A DNA stretch of 63,899 bases, counting the filler, from Octopus bimaculoides (Eukaryota), in the NCBI RefSeq assembly GCF_001194135.2. It is 5 parts of 5 records of this genome, joined end to end, with 100 filler letters (N's around TTAATTAATTAA, not from the genome) between each part and the next. Parts side by side here need not be neighbours in the genome. Positions count along the whole stretch, not along the records: positions 1 to 22,336 come from NC_068991.1; positions 22,437 to 32,777 come from NC_068987.1; 3 more parts are not named here. One strand, 5' to 3'. Position numbers and translations under genes: made by a program. Of the stretch, positions 13,430-26,335 are shown piece after piece. Every line of letters begins with the position of its first letter. The stretch's first letter is position 1. Under the pieces are notes generated by a model. It was not told the origin of the DNA. It saw nothing but the letters and a program-made list of their open reading frames with translations, and did no database searches.

Positions 13430-13860
13430 TTCCTTCTGTTGTCCTGGCTTCTACTTCACTGCTATACACTTCTGTCTCTTCCTCCTTGTTCCACTTCGTC
13501 CCCCACCGTCCTCTCTGCTCTCGTGTGACCTGTGGTCAACTTTCTTTTCACTCCAGCCGCTGTGAAGGCAAGACGAACTACTAGCGTTCTACATCAGATT
13601 CGCGTTTGGCTGTACGGCTTTTTAATGTTGTTTTCACTGTCCAATTTTTCCTGTCTTGGTTTGTGTTTGCCACCTTGGAATCCTCTGTTTAGTGGATTGA
13701 TCCACTACTCAGGAAGAGACTATTCTAGAGTACGTTCTGCCTTATCTTCGAAACGTCGGGTTAGAATAGAGGCAGCTGATGAAGGAATATTCCAAGGTGC
13801 TTTCCGTTTCCCTATGTGTTTGTTCCGTTGTCTGTAGTTCATTGTTCTAACGTCCTGTAC
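13430..13860 (+). repeat. Interspersed repeat containing hammerhead-like core words
   Basis: GAAACGTC at 13750-13757 and CTGATGA at 13776-13782; family not identified. Confidence 0.4.
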
Positions 13861-14240
13861 CCTGATATGCATCTATATANNNNNNNNNNNNNNNNNNNNN
13901 NNNNNNNNNNNNNNNNNNNNNNNNNNNNNNNNNNNNNNNNNNNNNNNNNNNNNNNNNNNNNNNNNNNNNNNNNNNNNNNNNNNNNNNNNNNNNNNNNNNN
14001 NNNNNNNNNNNNNNNNNNNNNNNNNNNNNNNNNNNNNNNNNNNNNNNNNNNNNNNNNNNNNNNNNNNNNNNNNNNNNNNNNNNNNNNNNNNNNNNNNNNN
14101 NNNNNNNNNNNNNNNNNNNNNNNNNNNNNNNNNNNNNNNNNNNNNNNNNNNNNNNNNNNNNNNNNNNNNNNNNNNNNNNNNNNNNNNNNNNNNNNNNNNN
14201 NNNNNNNNNNNNNNNNNNNNNNNNNNNNNNNNNNNNNNNN

Positions 14241-14306
<66 letters not shown>

Positions 14307-15039
14307 GCTATCTTCAATGGGGATATAAGAGAATGAAGAACAAAGAGGATAGGAAGGTGATTATTTATATTTATATTGACCTGAAGATAAAGAGACATTA
14401 GTAGATGGTTGGAGGAAGAGAATGGGACATGGGGTAAGTGCATGCGAGTATATATGATTAAAACGTGAATGAATGCAGGTTGAAGTAAGCAAGGATGGAA
14501 TGAATGGAGTGAGTAATTTATTCTGAAGAGAAATTCACGTAGACACATGATAGGAGCATATCACATGAGTATGGTGACCTTATTTTCGTAGCCTTAAACT
14601 TTTATGATTTCTATCACACAAGGACAAGATATTAGAGCATAAAGGGGCGTCCAAAGTGATTCTAAGTCCTCAGTTCATTAAATAACTTAAATAAATTTGA
14701 ATGGGGCTACAACTCTATCGGTTTATCTGCACTTGATATAGTGTACCTAAAAAGTAACTGTGAAAGGATTAAAAGATTTTGCATATATAAATTCTGTCAA
14801 AAAGACCCAACTTTCGTTGGTGATTCGACGGTTCATTAAGGTTTATGAAATATTTTCATGTTTTTTTCCTCCCAATATCGTTCATAATACTTCCAAATTA
14901 TCTACTGTTTCTGTCTCCTATTGCTCTATATAGCTTATATCTGGTTTTATCTATTTCCATGGAGAAAGAGATACAGATAAATACTACTCATGAATAGGTA
15001 GTCAGTCTCCGTAACTTACCGGTTCGTCAAAAGAGGCCG

Positions 15040-15490
15040 CTTCCTTGTGGATATAATCAGTCTATTACCAGGAATGTCAACATCGTACGTGAAGAATTCC
15101 ACCCACTTCACAGAATTTGTCAAGGATACCCCCATTGAATCCAACCAGATGGTGAGTCTAGATGTGATAAGTCTGTTCATCCCAACTGATGAAACACTAT
15201 CGGTGATCCAAGAGAAACTAGTGACAGACACCCATCTAAAAAACGCGCTAGTATACCAATAAGAAACTTGATGGAAATGTTGACCTTCTGTGTAGAAACT
15301 ACCTACTTCAGTATGGACACTGATATATATCGACAAGAAGAGGGTTTAGCTATGGATTCGCCATTGAATAAGAACCCAGGTTCGAAATTTCCCCAAGACA
15401 CCTGATGAATGCTGGAGGTTATATCAGCCGAAACGTTGTGTTAACAACAAACAAGATGAGGACAAATATCCGTCAAATGTAAATAATGTA
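15040..15490 (+). mobile_element. Penelope-like retroelement fragment (RT plus 3' terminal segment)
   Basis: SYVKNSTHF...MVSLDVISLF...LTFCVETTYF...YRQEEGLAMDSPL is the PLE RT pattern. Confidence 0.8.
15398..15441 (+). ncRNA. Minimal type I hammerhead ribozyme motif (possibly impaired copy)
   Basis: acac CTGATGA a tgctg-gaggttatat-cagcc GAAA CG TT gtgt: stem I 4 bp, stem II 4 bp plus mismatch, palindromic ACGT stem III. Confidence 0.65.
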
Positions 15491-16188
15491 AAAGGACTGA
15501 AAGTTGTACTGTAACAGTGGTGGAGTAGGTGTGATGTGACGAGGTACAGAAAGTGGTTTCATTCTCTATTTCTTTCTCTCTCCCTTTCACTAACTCACAT
15601 GTACTCACTCCCTTACTTCGACACGCACACACATATGCACATGTATGCATATGTGTATTTGTGTGTATATATGCGTATGTGTGTGTGTGTATAAAGCAGT
15701 AAAAGACAGAAAATGGAATTCACGAGATTTTATTCAAAACCACTACAACCGTTTCGACTCAGCATCTCACCTGTAAGTCATAAGGGTAGCAGTTTCACCT
15801 CATAGGTGAGATGCTGTAAATTAATTGTTATGCATTATATGTGCAAGTGCTTCTCCTCAAGTGACTTTTCAAAGAAGTATCTCGATTGTTACTGGTCGTT
15901 TCACTTATTTCTAAAACAACATATTTTTAGTTAGTGTAGCGTTACATCCGTCACCATTATGAACTGACACAGAATGAAAGAATTTTCATGTAAGTAATAA
16001 AATCATAAAAACCTAATGTTCTGGGGTATAATCCCATCTACAGATTACAAATATCATCTAAGACTGCAAAAGAATTCTTTTCTGCATTGGATAAGTGTTC
16101 TCCGAAATCTAACAGGTAGCACAGGATTTTTAACAGGCACACAATGAAGGTATCATATGCAAAGTCCAGTAACCTAGAATACTATATA

Positions 16189-16442
16189 GAGTAATCCCTC
16201 GTCATATCGCGGTTCAGTTATCGCGGTTCAGTTATCGCGGTTCAGTTATCACGGTTTATCATTTAAGTTTTATGTCGATTCCTCCGTGGTGTTGTTTTGC
16301 ATTTATAATAAAACGAATATATACAAATTATAACGATAATAATAAAAAAAATAAACAGTAGAGTACTATTTGTACTTCGCGGATTTTCACCTATTGTGGG
16401 GGCTTTTGAAAAGTAACACCCGCGATAGTTGAGGGATTACTG
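16189..16442. mobile_element. pogo/Tigger-like MITE
   Basis: TA|gAGTAATCCCTC ... GAGGGATTACTG|TA; internal 14-bp tandem atcgcggttcagtt x3. Confidence 0.8.
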
Positions 16443-17297
16443 TACATGAAATTAATAAGAAATTAAACCAGAAAATAATGACGCAATTAGAGAGGGCATA
16501 CTCAAACCTAGCCTGAATTGTGTCTGTATGGAAAGATAGTCACTCATCTGCTACTCATTGAAAAGTGAACGAAATTGGAATACGATGATTACTTAATGCA
16601 TTTTATGCATACATTTTATATACTTTATGCACGATTTTATAGACTTAATACACATATTTTTTCGTTTTCCCCATAAACAAAGAGAAAATCCTATACATAT
16701 GATACAACCTTTAGTTGAATCGCATATATCTGCCACGTAAATAATCGTGAATATTTCACGGAATTGCACTTATGCGCATACGTTAAATGATATGTGATAT
16801 TAGAAATATAGTTCAATTAAATAAATACACTTTTCACTATCTAATCACCACCACCATTACCATCTCTCTCTCTCTTTTCACCCTCCCCTCTCCATCAGAA
16901 CACCCCCCCTCTGCTAAATTTATATTTGTAACTCTCCTCCTCTACATTGGAGTTACTTTTTTAACCACGTAATAAATATTACGTTTCCCCTACCTTACAT
17001 CTCTCCTTTTTCTTTCTCTTCTTTTTCCCCTCAACTAATCACATGAAAGAGTTACAATTACATTCCCTCTATCTCACGTCATGAACGCCTTTCTCCCCCG
17101 CTTTTCTCCCTCTTTCTTTTCCTCTCTTCATCTTTCCTTTCTCTCTTTCTCTCTCTAATCACGCGAAAGCGTTCCCGACGGGATAAGTAACGCAATGACA
17201 AGCAGAATTATTATAAGATTATTAATATATGTTTTTTATGTCAAGTTATATATTAAAAAAAAACAATTTAACATTAAACTGAAAGATTAGTCTAGCG

Positions 17298-19059
17298 CAG
17301 GTGACACCAAACTACGTCCTGTGAGGTCAGTTCATCCGGCCCGCCGTCGTACTGTACCTTTTCTGTAAGTGCCAGCAATGAGGGTTCATTCTTGCAGCGA
17401 TCGTGTTTTATCTTGCATTGCTTTGTTTAAACTGGTTTGAAGAGCGCCATATGTAAATGGAACTGACTTCAGTGAATTACGCCATCCGCCTTTCAGCAAG
17501 TTCAACTGTGCGGAGAACAGAAGAACTTGGAGAGAACATAGTGCTACAGATACGCGAGAAAGCTAGGAACTTCTTGCAGTATTCTCTGGCGCTGGATGAG
17601 TCTACTGATCACTCGAGTACGTCACAACTTCTCGTGTTCATTCGTGATGTTAATTTGGACTTAAAGATCATAGAAGAGTTGGTATCCATTTGCTGCATGC
17701 ATGGAACAACAACTGGAGAAGACATCTTCATGATAGTGCAGAAAATTTTGCCAGGCTATAACCTTCAGTGGAATCAGCTTCGATGTGCTACAGTTGAAGG
17801 AGGAAAAAATATGGTTGGAGCGATGAAGGTTCTGGTGGTACAAATCAGGACTAAGTTGGAAGATCTTCAACGCCCTGGTGCTCTGTTTATACACTGCATT
17901 ATACATCATCAAGCACTCTGTAGGAAAGACTTGGATATTTTTTGCGGACTGAAACCAGCCGTTTCTGCGGTGAACTTCATTTGGGGTCATACATTTAATC
18001 ACCGTCAGTTCTAAGCTTTTCTTGAAGAAATTGATTCTGAATTCTGAGACTTGCCTTATCACGCAGCAGTGAAGTGGTTCAGCTGCGGTAAAGTCCTGTT
18101 CCGTTTTCATAAGCTCCAAAGAGAAATCGATATTTTTTTTCACCGAAAAGGAGAGAGCTGATCCACTTCTGTGAGATTCTACCTGGCTGTCAAAGTTGTC
18201 ATTTTAGGTTGACATCATAACTCACATGAATGAATTGAACTTGAAACCCCAGTGAAAGGATATCCTTATCTGTGAGCTCTAAGGAATCATCAAAGCATGT
18301 CGGAAAAAGCAGTCATTGAAGCACGACTGGAAGGAGAAAACATCTCTCTTGTTTTCAGTATTTTAAAGAGTTTCGCGCTGAATTCACAGATGTCAACTTC
18401 GAGTTACCGAAGACTTAAATAAACATTTTTTTGAGAGATTTTCCAATCTCGAAAGAATTGAGAATGATATTCATTTGATCCAGAATCCATTTGATTGTAA
18501 ACATTGATGACGTGCCAGTCGAACTATAGTTGGAACTCATTGATTTACTAGCAAATGGCTTCTAGAAAGAGAAGTACAGAAAAGGAAAACTTGTTGAATT
18601 TTATCGCTGCTCACCTGATGATGAGTTTTTAAAGTTGAAGAAATTTACCTCTGGTATGGCATCAGTGTTTAGAACAAGTGATATCTGTGATGAAGTATAT
18701 GAAGTCAGCATATCGAACGAGATTGACTGATAAACATTTTAAAGGAACAGACTCGGTTAGATGCAACAATTCCAAGATATCTTAAAAGCTAATAATAAAC
18801 ACCAGCTAATAATAAACTCCAGTTTTATATTTTTTAGCTGCTTATTTCGTGAGATTCGGATATGTGCGCACTGGGTGTGGTATAACACCGCCTTCTTTGA
18901 TAACGTTTTGGTAAATAAATATGTTGGTTTGTCTTTATTTTTAGTGTATTCGCTCTATTTGATTGAGCAAAATGGTTATGCGGTCCGCAAATTGGATTAA
19001 GCAAATTGGTTATGCGGCTCGTCCTTCGCTCCGCTGTGAAAAACGTTTGGTGACCCCTG
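17298..19059 (+). mobile_element. hAT (Charlie/SPIN-like) transposon, internally deleted, both ends present
   Basis: TIRs caggtgacaccaaac and gtttggtgacccctg; 8-bp flanks gtctagcg / ctctagaa; YSLALDESTD...QLLVFIR, FIHCIIHHQALC. Confidence 0.92.
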
Positions 19060-19687
19060 CTCTAGAAAACTCATCTGCTCTTTCAACAACATTAACAATT
19101 TTATTTAGCAAATTATTTCTGACACCAAAATTAAAAAATAAATAATCAAGAATCGTAAATCACAGCTTACCTAGGAAGACAACTTCTAGTAATGTAAAAC
19201 AAACCACCAGCCATGTTATTAAAGTGACAAAAGTTTGGAGTCTTTGAAATTTTCCGAATTGTTTAAGATCAGTAAAGAGACCATCAAAATTATATTCCTT
19301 ACTTTGTGGCATGCTTCTTCAAAGGTTATTCAGCAAACGCCTTTCAACTTATATTATATACATGCATACATGTATGTATATATATATATATATATATANN
19401 NNNNNNNNNNNNNNNNNNNNNNNNNNNNNNNNNNNNNNNNNNNNNNNNNNNNNNNNNNNNNNNNNNNNNNNNNNNNNNNNNNNNNNNNNNNNNNNNNNNN
19501 NNNNNNNNNNNNNNNNNNNNNNNNNNNNNNNNNNNNNNNNNNNNNNNNNNNNNNNNNNNNNNNNNNNNNNNNNNNNNNNNNNNNNNNNNNNNNNNNNNNN
19601 NNNNNNNNNNNNNNNNNNNNNNNNNNNNNNNNNNNNNNNNNNNNNNNNNNNNNNNNNNNNNNNNNNNNNNNNNNNNNNNNNNNNNNN

Positions 19688-19847
<160 letters not shown>

Positions 19848-19924
19848 ATTTGATATTAAATTTGACATTGACATAAGGATACTGTCGGATACAAAGATCA
19901 CACCATAAAATCTTGTATTAGTAG

Positions 19925-20510
19925 GACCTGTTTACCACTAATGTGGAAGCTTACGACAGATGCTCTGGTCGGAGAGTTATACAACCATCTGGAAAGTAAT
20001 AATATACTTCCAGAAGAACAGAAAGAATGCAGAAAACAAAGTAGGGCAACAAAAGATCATTTATTCGTTGATAAAATTATCATTAGAAATCGTTGACGCA
20101 GACTGAAGGGACTGAATTTAGCATGACTAGAGTACAAAAAATCATATGACATGATACGACACAACTGGATAAGTAAAACAATGAGCATGCTTGGAATAGC
20201 AAAAAAAACAACAAAAAAACATGGAGAAAATGCTTAATGTATGTATGTAACATTAGAATACTGAATTTATCGGAGGAAAACAAAAGCTCGGAAAAGTGAA
20301 CATCAGACGTGGAATATTCCAAGGCCATAGCTTATCTCCATTAATATTCGTAATGGCCATGATGCCGTTCACTATGATACTACGAAAAGTTAAAATTGCT
20401 TCCGGTTTGGGAAAAGGAAATGGTTAGATAAATCATTTCCTTTTCTTAGATGATATCAAGGCTTATGCAAAAAAATGAGAATCAGTTTGAAAGTCTTGTC
20501 CATACTATCC
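19925..20510 (+). mobile_element. R4/Dong-like LINE RT fragment
   Basis: TCLPLMWKL...ILPEEQKECRKQSRATKD...YKKSYDM...RRGIFQGHSLSPLIF...INHFLFLDDIK. Confidence 0.82.
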
Positions 20511-21099
20511 TCCAACTAAAACAACAACAGCAGGAGCAACAAAATTACAGGAGCAAGTCTCCTTGGAAGGAAAGCATACATAACTTAGAGAGACAGAAAA
20601 CTTATTTCAGTAGAGGGGATAAAAAATGAGTGTTGCTAAAGACCACAAAGGTTTTCAATACATTACACATCCAAGTAGAGAAATACCTGAAGGGTGTATG
20701 GACTGATATAGAGTTCCTCACACGAGAAAAACAATATGATTCTACGGAAGTTAGGTTCCTCGTAGAGGCACTGGTCAATGGTCCAGTGCAAACACGTAGA
20801 TCTACTCCTTCCTACACACCTTAGTTGGCGAGTGATGAAGACTGAATTACAGACGTACCACTAGAACATGTCATTTAGTAGTTGGTCGCGTGTGTAGTGG
20901 TAAAGGCCCGGATACGCTCCTGGACATGAAAAGTTGTAAAAGAACTGGTCCGCGATTGAGATGTAGATTTTGATCCAAGTTAAACCGATACCTCTGGACG
21001 AGATCTCCGACCTCAGTGAGCTGCCGAATAGAATACAACTCCAGGTCGTGGTGGGAGGCAGGAAACGGAGATGCCCCATCCTGGGTCTGACTTACACTT

Positions 21100-22032
21100 G
21101 AAAGTCCTCTGCTCACAACAACAAAAGGGAGTAAGAGGAATGCCTGCTCTGCTACCTCTGTTTCTGGTTTTAAATCAGTTTTAGTCATCCACAGCCATCT
21201 TTTTGCTCTGTCTGTCTTATCTTCAACATCCCTATGAAATTGACCATGCTTTCTTTTCTTTACCCATCTATTTTCAGTTTCCATCGTTTTCAATTTCTTG
21301 TATAGTGCTTTATCTTTGTAATCTTTCATCCTACGCAAGCCTGACCTTCTCACTTCTAATAATAGCGGTTCTGTGGCATTTTACATACCATGCTAAATTG
21401 TTTTCTTCTGCTCTAATGCTGTGTTCGCATCCAATAAGTCCTCTTCCAACTCTTTTTCTTGGTACATATAGTCTAGTCAGTAACTTCCTTTCTCTCTGTC
21501 TAAGCTGTTTAGTTCGTCTACTGTCCATGCGATTACCCCTGCTCCATGTCTAAGGAGTGAAACCGCCCAGATGTTGATAGCTTCGATCTTATTCCGTGCA
21601 TTTAATTTCGACTTAAGGATCAGTCTCAATCTGCGCTAGTACTCCACCTTGAATTTTTCTGTCATTTCTTTCTCCATCAATTTATCCATTTCCAAAATCC
21701 CCAAGTACTTATAGCCCGTCTCTTCTACCTACATCATAACCTCCCCCGACGGTATCATCAGACCTTCCATATATTTGATTTTGCCTCTCTTCAAGACTAA
21801 AACACCACACTCTCTGAGTCCGAACTCCATTTTGATATCAGCACTGAAGGTATACATCGTATCAACGAGGGAACTGACTTGGGCTTCATCTTTACCATAA
21901 AGTTTGATGTCTCCCATGAATAACAAATGGTTGACTTTTTGTTGGCGGCATTTGAATACATACCCAGCTTTTGCTTTCCTCAGAATCAGTGTTAGTGGTA
22001 TCAAGCATAGTACAAAGATCAGTGGGGACATT
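21100..22032 (-). mobile_element. R4/Dong-like LINE RT and thumb fragment
   Basis: SPLIFVLCLIPL...VNHLLFMGDIKLY...RLYVPRKRVGRGLI...KHGQFHR...WLWMTKTDLKPETE. Confidence 0.85.
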
Positions 22033-22380
22033 GCTGACTAACAGAATATGTAAACATGCCTTTTATTGTAACAACACAATTAAATGCACGACAAAACATT
22101 AAGGAAGTAAGCACCTGCCAATATATTCATACTGCACAACTACAAAACCTGTAAACCGCAGCAAAACTTTTAACAAGAAAAGAAAAAGAAAAAAAAAAGA
22201 AAAAGAAAAAAGAAATTCAAAAATCTAACAAGGTGAACATCTCTTCCTCCTACTATTTCCAAAGACTGGAATACCTACAATTTCCTGTGAATATTTTAAA
22301 TCTCCCTCAAAATAAAATAAGTTAGGAAACTTACATNNNNNNNNNNNNNNNNNNNNNNNNNNNNNNNNNNNNNNNNNNNN

Positions 22381-22392
22381 TTAATTAATTAA
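22381..22392. other. Assembly spacer TTAATTAATTAA inside a 100-bp N gap (also 32822, 35152, 62706)
   Basis: Identical 12-mer flanked by N runs four times; stop codons in all six frames. Confidence 0.95.
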
Positions 22393-23039
22393 NNNNNNNN
22401 NNNNNNNNNNNNNNNNNNNNNNNNNNNNNNNNNNNNTAGATGTCTTAGTCGTACACACTGTACAGTGTGTATGTGTTGATGATGTTATATGTTTTCTTCA
22501 GGTATCTTATGTATGTTTGTAGACACTGTGCAATGCATGTATGTGTACACACACACAGTTTTCATGTAGATAAGCATACACATACACTAGAACACCTTCT
22601 GAATTAAGGATTCTTTCCTTGATAGTCCACTCTATTGATTTGCTTGCATTTACAGCTGTCAATCTCTATGCCATTTGTAGATTATCTTGTCTGTAGGTTC
22701 TTCAACACCTCACTCAAGCAGAAACTATCTCTGTGAGTTTCAACTGCAGTTTAGGGAAGTTCCAGAAAAGTGAATTGACAGGGATTATATTGTCATAATT
22801 GTGGGCCAAGAAAATTCAAAGACCCCAGTTTTTAATAATATGACAGTAATAATAATACAGTTGGTAGGTTGAAATGGTTGACCGTTCTTGGAATTGCCTT
22901 CATATTCTGCCATAGTAAATAAAGTAGAAAAAAACTTTATATTTTTTATACTTTTATTGCCAAGATTGTGGCACGAGCTAAACCAATGATCCAGTCTTCA
23001 GTGTTGTGATTGCATTAACAAAATAATCTTAGTGTTTTT

Positions 23040-23195
23040 AATATAATGTTAGGAAGGGCATCCAGCTATAGAAACCTTGCCAGATCAGATTGGAGCCTGG
23101 TACAGCCTTCTGGCTTGCCATTCCTCAGTCAAACCATCCAACTCATGCCAGCATGGAAAGCAGACGTTAAACGACAATGACAACGATGATGTTAA
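23040..23195 (+). repeat. RTE-like 3' tail repeat (family E)
   Basis: aggaagggcatccagct...catgccagcatggaaagcagacgttaaacgac; related copies near 51985-52080, 52960-53070, 56270-56385, 58810-58905 and 61195-61420 (minus). Confidence 0.7.
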
Positions 23196-23862
23196 TGTTT
23201 CTAACAATTGCATATGGCCACACACATTTTGGTGGGATTGTGTAGTAGATTATGTCAATCTCATTACTTGGTTGGCACTTATCCTATTGACTTTGGAAGG
23301 ATGAAAAGTGGCCAGATTTGAACTCAAAATGTAATGTAACATAATTAATTGGTCCATGTAATTTTGTCTATCACTCTATTATCCTTGCCATTTGTTGCTC
23401 TCCCATCCAACACAGGCATTATTTAGAGTGTTAATAATAAAATTAAATATCATTTTGCCATCATTTGGAAATTTGGTTTGCATCTCTTATTTGCTGTGTC
23501 ACAAGAAAAAGAGAACACATCTAAGACCATGTGTTTTAACCCCAACAAAGACCTGAATACCATTAAAGAACAGGCTAACGTGGACTTATTGGATGTTATT
23601 GCCAATACTGTATTACAAATGGTGATTCATAATTCTAAGAATGAAATGCAAATGTATTTGGATTTGCTTTGTAGTCTTTGAGGCTCAAAGCTGGTAATGT
23701 ATTCAATCTTTTGAATACCAATGCTCAGCCAAATCTCTAAATCACACTCTGCTTTTTTTTAAAAATGGAAGAGCACATTGGGTAATATAGCCCTCAATAG
23801 ACTACATAGCTTTGAATACAAAAGATAGAACACATTTAATCCTAGGTTTGCCTAAATAGGAC

Positions 23863-24242
23863 TGTTGGCACTCCGTCGCTTACGACGTTGAGGGTTCCAG
23901 TCGATCCGATCAACGGAACAGCCTGCTCGTAAAATTAACGTGCAAGTGGCTGAGCACTCCATAGACACATGTACCCTTAACGTAGTTCTCAGGGATATTC
24001 AGTGTGACACAGTGTGACAAGGCCGACCCTTTGAATTACAGGCACAACAGAAACAGGAAGTAAGAATGAGAGAAAGTTGTGGTGAAAGAGTACAGCAGGG
24101 TTCGCCACCATCCCCTACCAGAGCCTCATGGAGCTTTAGGTGTTTTCACTCAATAAACACTCATAACGCCCGGTCTGGGAATCGAAACCGCGATCCTATG
24201 GCCGCGAGTGCGCTGCCCTAACCACTGGGCCATTGCGCCTCC
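23863..24242 (-). mobile_element. Full-length tRNA-headed SINE family B
   Basis: Head with A box TGGCCCAGTGG and B box GGTTTCGATTCCC; closely similar to copy at 62762. Confidence 0.9.
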
Positions 24243-25102
24243 GCCTGATTAGGACTAACCTGGGGTTAAACAACATCATCGTTTCACCAATGACATTATT
24301 TTAGTGCCAATGATATCGACACCACCAACTAAATCTTCAAATTACATCCTACTGACTTCCAAAATTAATGACTCATTAGATGATGTAATCCTAGATATAT
24401 AATAGCCACATAAAACATGGGATGGTCACAATTGGAGCACTCTTTATTTATAGATCTGCTAAGGGTTGACCTGCAACTAAACAACACTACAGAATGGAGC
24501 CAGATTTCAAATTTTGACACAAGGCCAGCAATTTTAGGGGACCAGGCAAGTTGTTTACATTGACCCCAATAGTGCTTATTTTATTGACCCCAAAAGGATG
24601 AAAGGAAGTGGAATTTCAGCACAGAACATAAAGACAGATGATATGCTATTAAGTATTTTGCCCAGCATACAAATAATTCTGCCAGCTCAGTCCCTTAACA
24701 AAACATAATAATGTGACCATTGTAGCATAATTTAATTAAATGAAAACATGCTTTCATTTAATTAAATTACATGAAATTGTGATTTTCAAAACTAATGAGA
24801 TTGTAAATCTACCAGAAAAGTGCAAGTAGGGAGTGAACTAGAGTCAAAGCTGAAGGCTTACAACAAAGTGAACTCAGCTATTGGCATCCTAGGACCAAAT
24901 CATGTTATAAAGTGAGCGGTGTGTTAGATTTACCACCCTAAGGTTGTGAGTGGGCCATTCTTTTGAATAGCAAACCACTGGGTTAGAGTCTTAATTCTCA
25001 TCCTCTTTGCCACTGAGACAACCTAAGAGGGATAAAAAAAGAACCCAGATTGTTGGGTGAAGATGTTTTATGTTGCAGTGTTTGCTGGCTGTTTGTGTTT
25101 AA

Positions 25103-25310
25103 CCCTTTTGCATTCAGATTTCTCTGTCAAATGTAATGCTTATTTATTCACATTGTTTTGAATTGATCATGGTTTATCTCAAAGCTTTGAAATTTCAATG
25201 ACATGATTGTTTATTTTTAGAATAATATTGTAAGGGAAGTGTGAGAGACCAGATCTGGCCAGCTTAAAGATAAAACAGGTAGATTATTTTGGCTGGATTA
25301 TTTTGGCTGG
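25103..25310 (+). mobile_element. piggyBac-like MITE family (TTAA|CCCTTT), partial; second copy 45550-45767
   Basis: ttaacccttttgcattcagatttctctgtcaaatgtaatgc shared with 45550 copy and an inverted fragment near 60610-60650. Confidence 0.65.
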
Positions 25311-25314
25311 ATTC

Positions 25315-25499
25315 ACCAAGATAGATCGCTAGCCACTACACATTCTTTATTTTCTCTCCTTTCTGTGTTTCTTTCTGTGGAAGAGCGTATGCTCAAAATG
25401 TTAAAAACTTTTCCACTTCCCGAGCGTTAAACTAATACATCTGTTTGTTGTCTACACCACCTGTCTTCATCTTTTGTTTTTTTTTGTGAATTCTCCCTA

Positions 25500-25500
<1 letters not shown>
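25315..25500 (+). repeat. Interspersed repeat with decayed hammerhead-like motif
   Basis: tttCTGTGGA a gagc gtat gctc AAAA TG TT aaa at 25372-25405. Confidence 0.45.
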
Positions 25501-25530
<30 letters not shown>

Positions 25531-26335
25531 CTGTGTGTTTCATATATACTGTCTATGTCTGTATATAAGCAGTTTGTATCAGTGCTTGTTTTATATTTGT
25601 GTATGTATGTGTTAGGATATATATATATATAATTTGACATGAATGTGAAATGACATTAAACACCATATAAGGTAAATGAAGGTTTCTGTAGGAATGCTAA
25701 GTCATATTCACTTAGTGAGTTTACATGCGCAAGCAGGCATTATGATGTCATCAGCGTTAGGTGCAGTAAGAGCTGGTACCGGCGATGTTGGTGGTGATGA
25801 ATTTCATTGTCCTAACGCAGAGAAAGCGAGCAATAGCTTCCTGGAGGCAAACGTGAGCTAGACTTCTTAAACAAAGAAAAACTGATCTATTTAAGGAAAT
25901 TGCTGGGCTCCATTTCGATAGATAGAAACTCCAAGCAATGTAAAATATGGCCCGGACTGTGATTACCAGCATGAACATCAAACTTCAAAAAGTAGTTAAC
26001 CATTTAATGGTTTTAGTAAATTAATACAGAAAAAGTAAGCATTATATTGTCCAGCATAAATAAAAGTCAACTTCATTGTATTTTTTCTGACATTAAATGA
26101 GTCAACTTCTGGTATGAATGTTCACATTTGTACATTATTTTTCAACAAAATAAATTTCTAAAAAAATTCCAGAAGCGATCTACTCATGTAATTTATGCAC
26201 TCACTAAAGCCTTTTTTTGTTTTGCGCAAAAAAGTGCATAAATTACATGGGTTTTTATGGTAGAATGATTGTATTAGACATATATTGCTAAATCTACCAT
26301 CTTGAGGATTAGGCTTCATTACCTTTCCTCTCAAT

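Noticed and set aside
16206-16255. Short direct-repeat arrays (14-bp x3 here; 16-bp x2.5 at about 29230-29272) as CRISPR
   Set aside because: No spacers, eukaryotic context, no cas genes.
22381-22392. TTAATTAATTAA palindrome recurring four times
   Set aside because: Always embedded in N runs; an assembly spacer, not biological.
22697-22732. 36-nt plus-strand micro-exon candidate (tgtag|VLQHLTQAETIS|gtgagt) and the nearby 67-aa ORF at 23478
   Set aside because: Splice signals are good, but I found no compatible partner exon or homology; such signals arise by chance in 64 kb.
24170-24242. tRNA-like sequence with A and B boxes
   Set aside because: It is the head of SINE family B; the acceptor stem does not close and the body continues as repeat.
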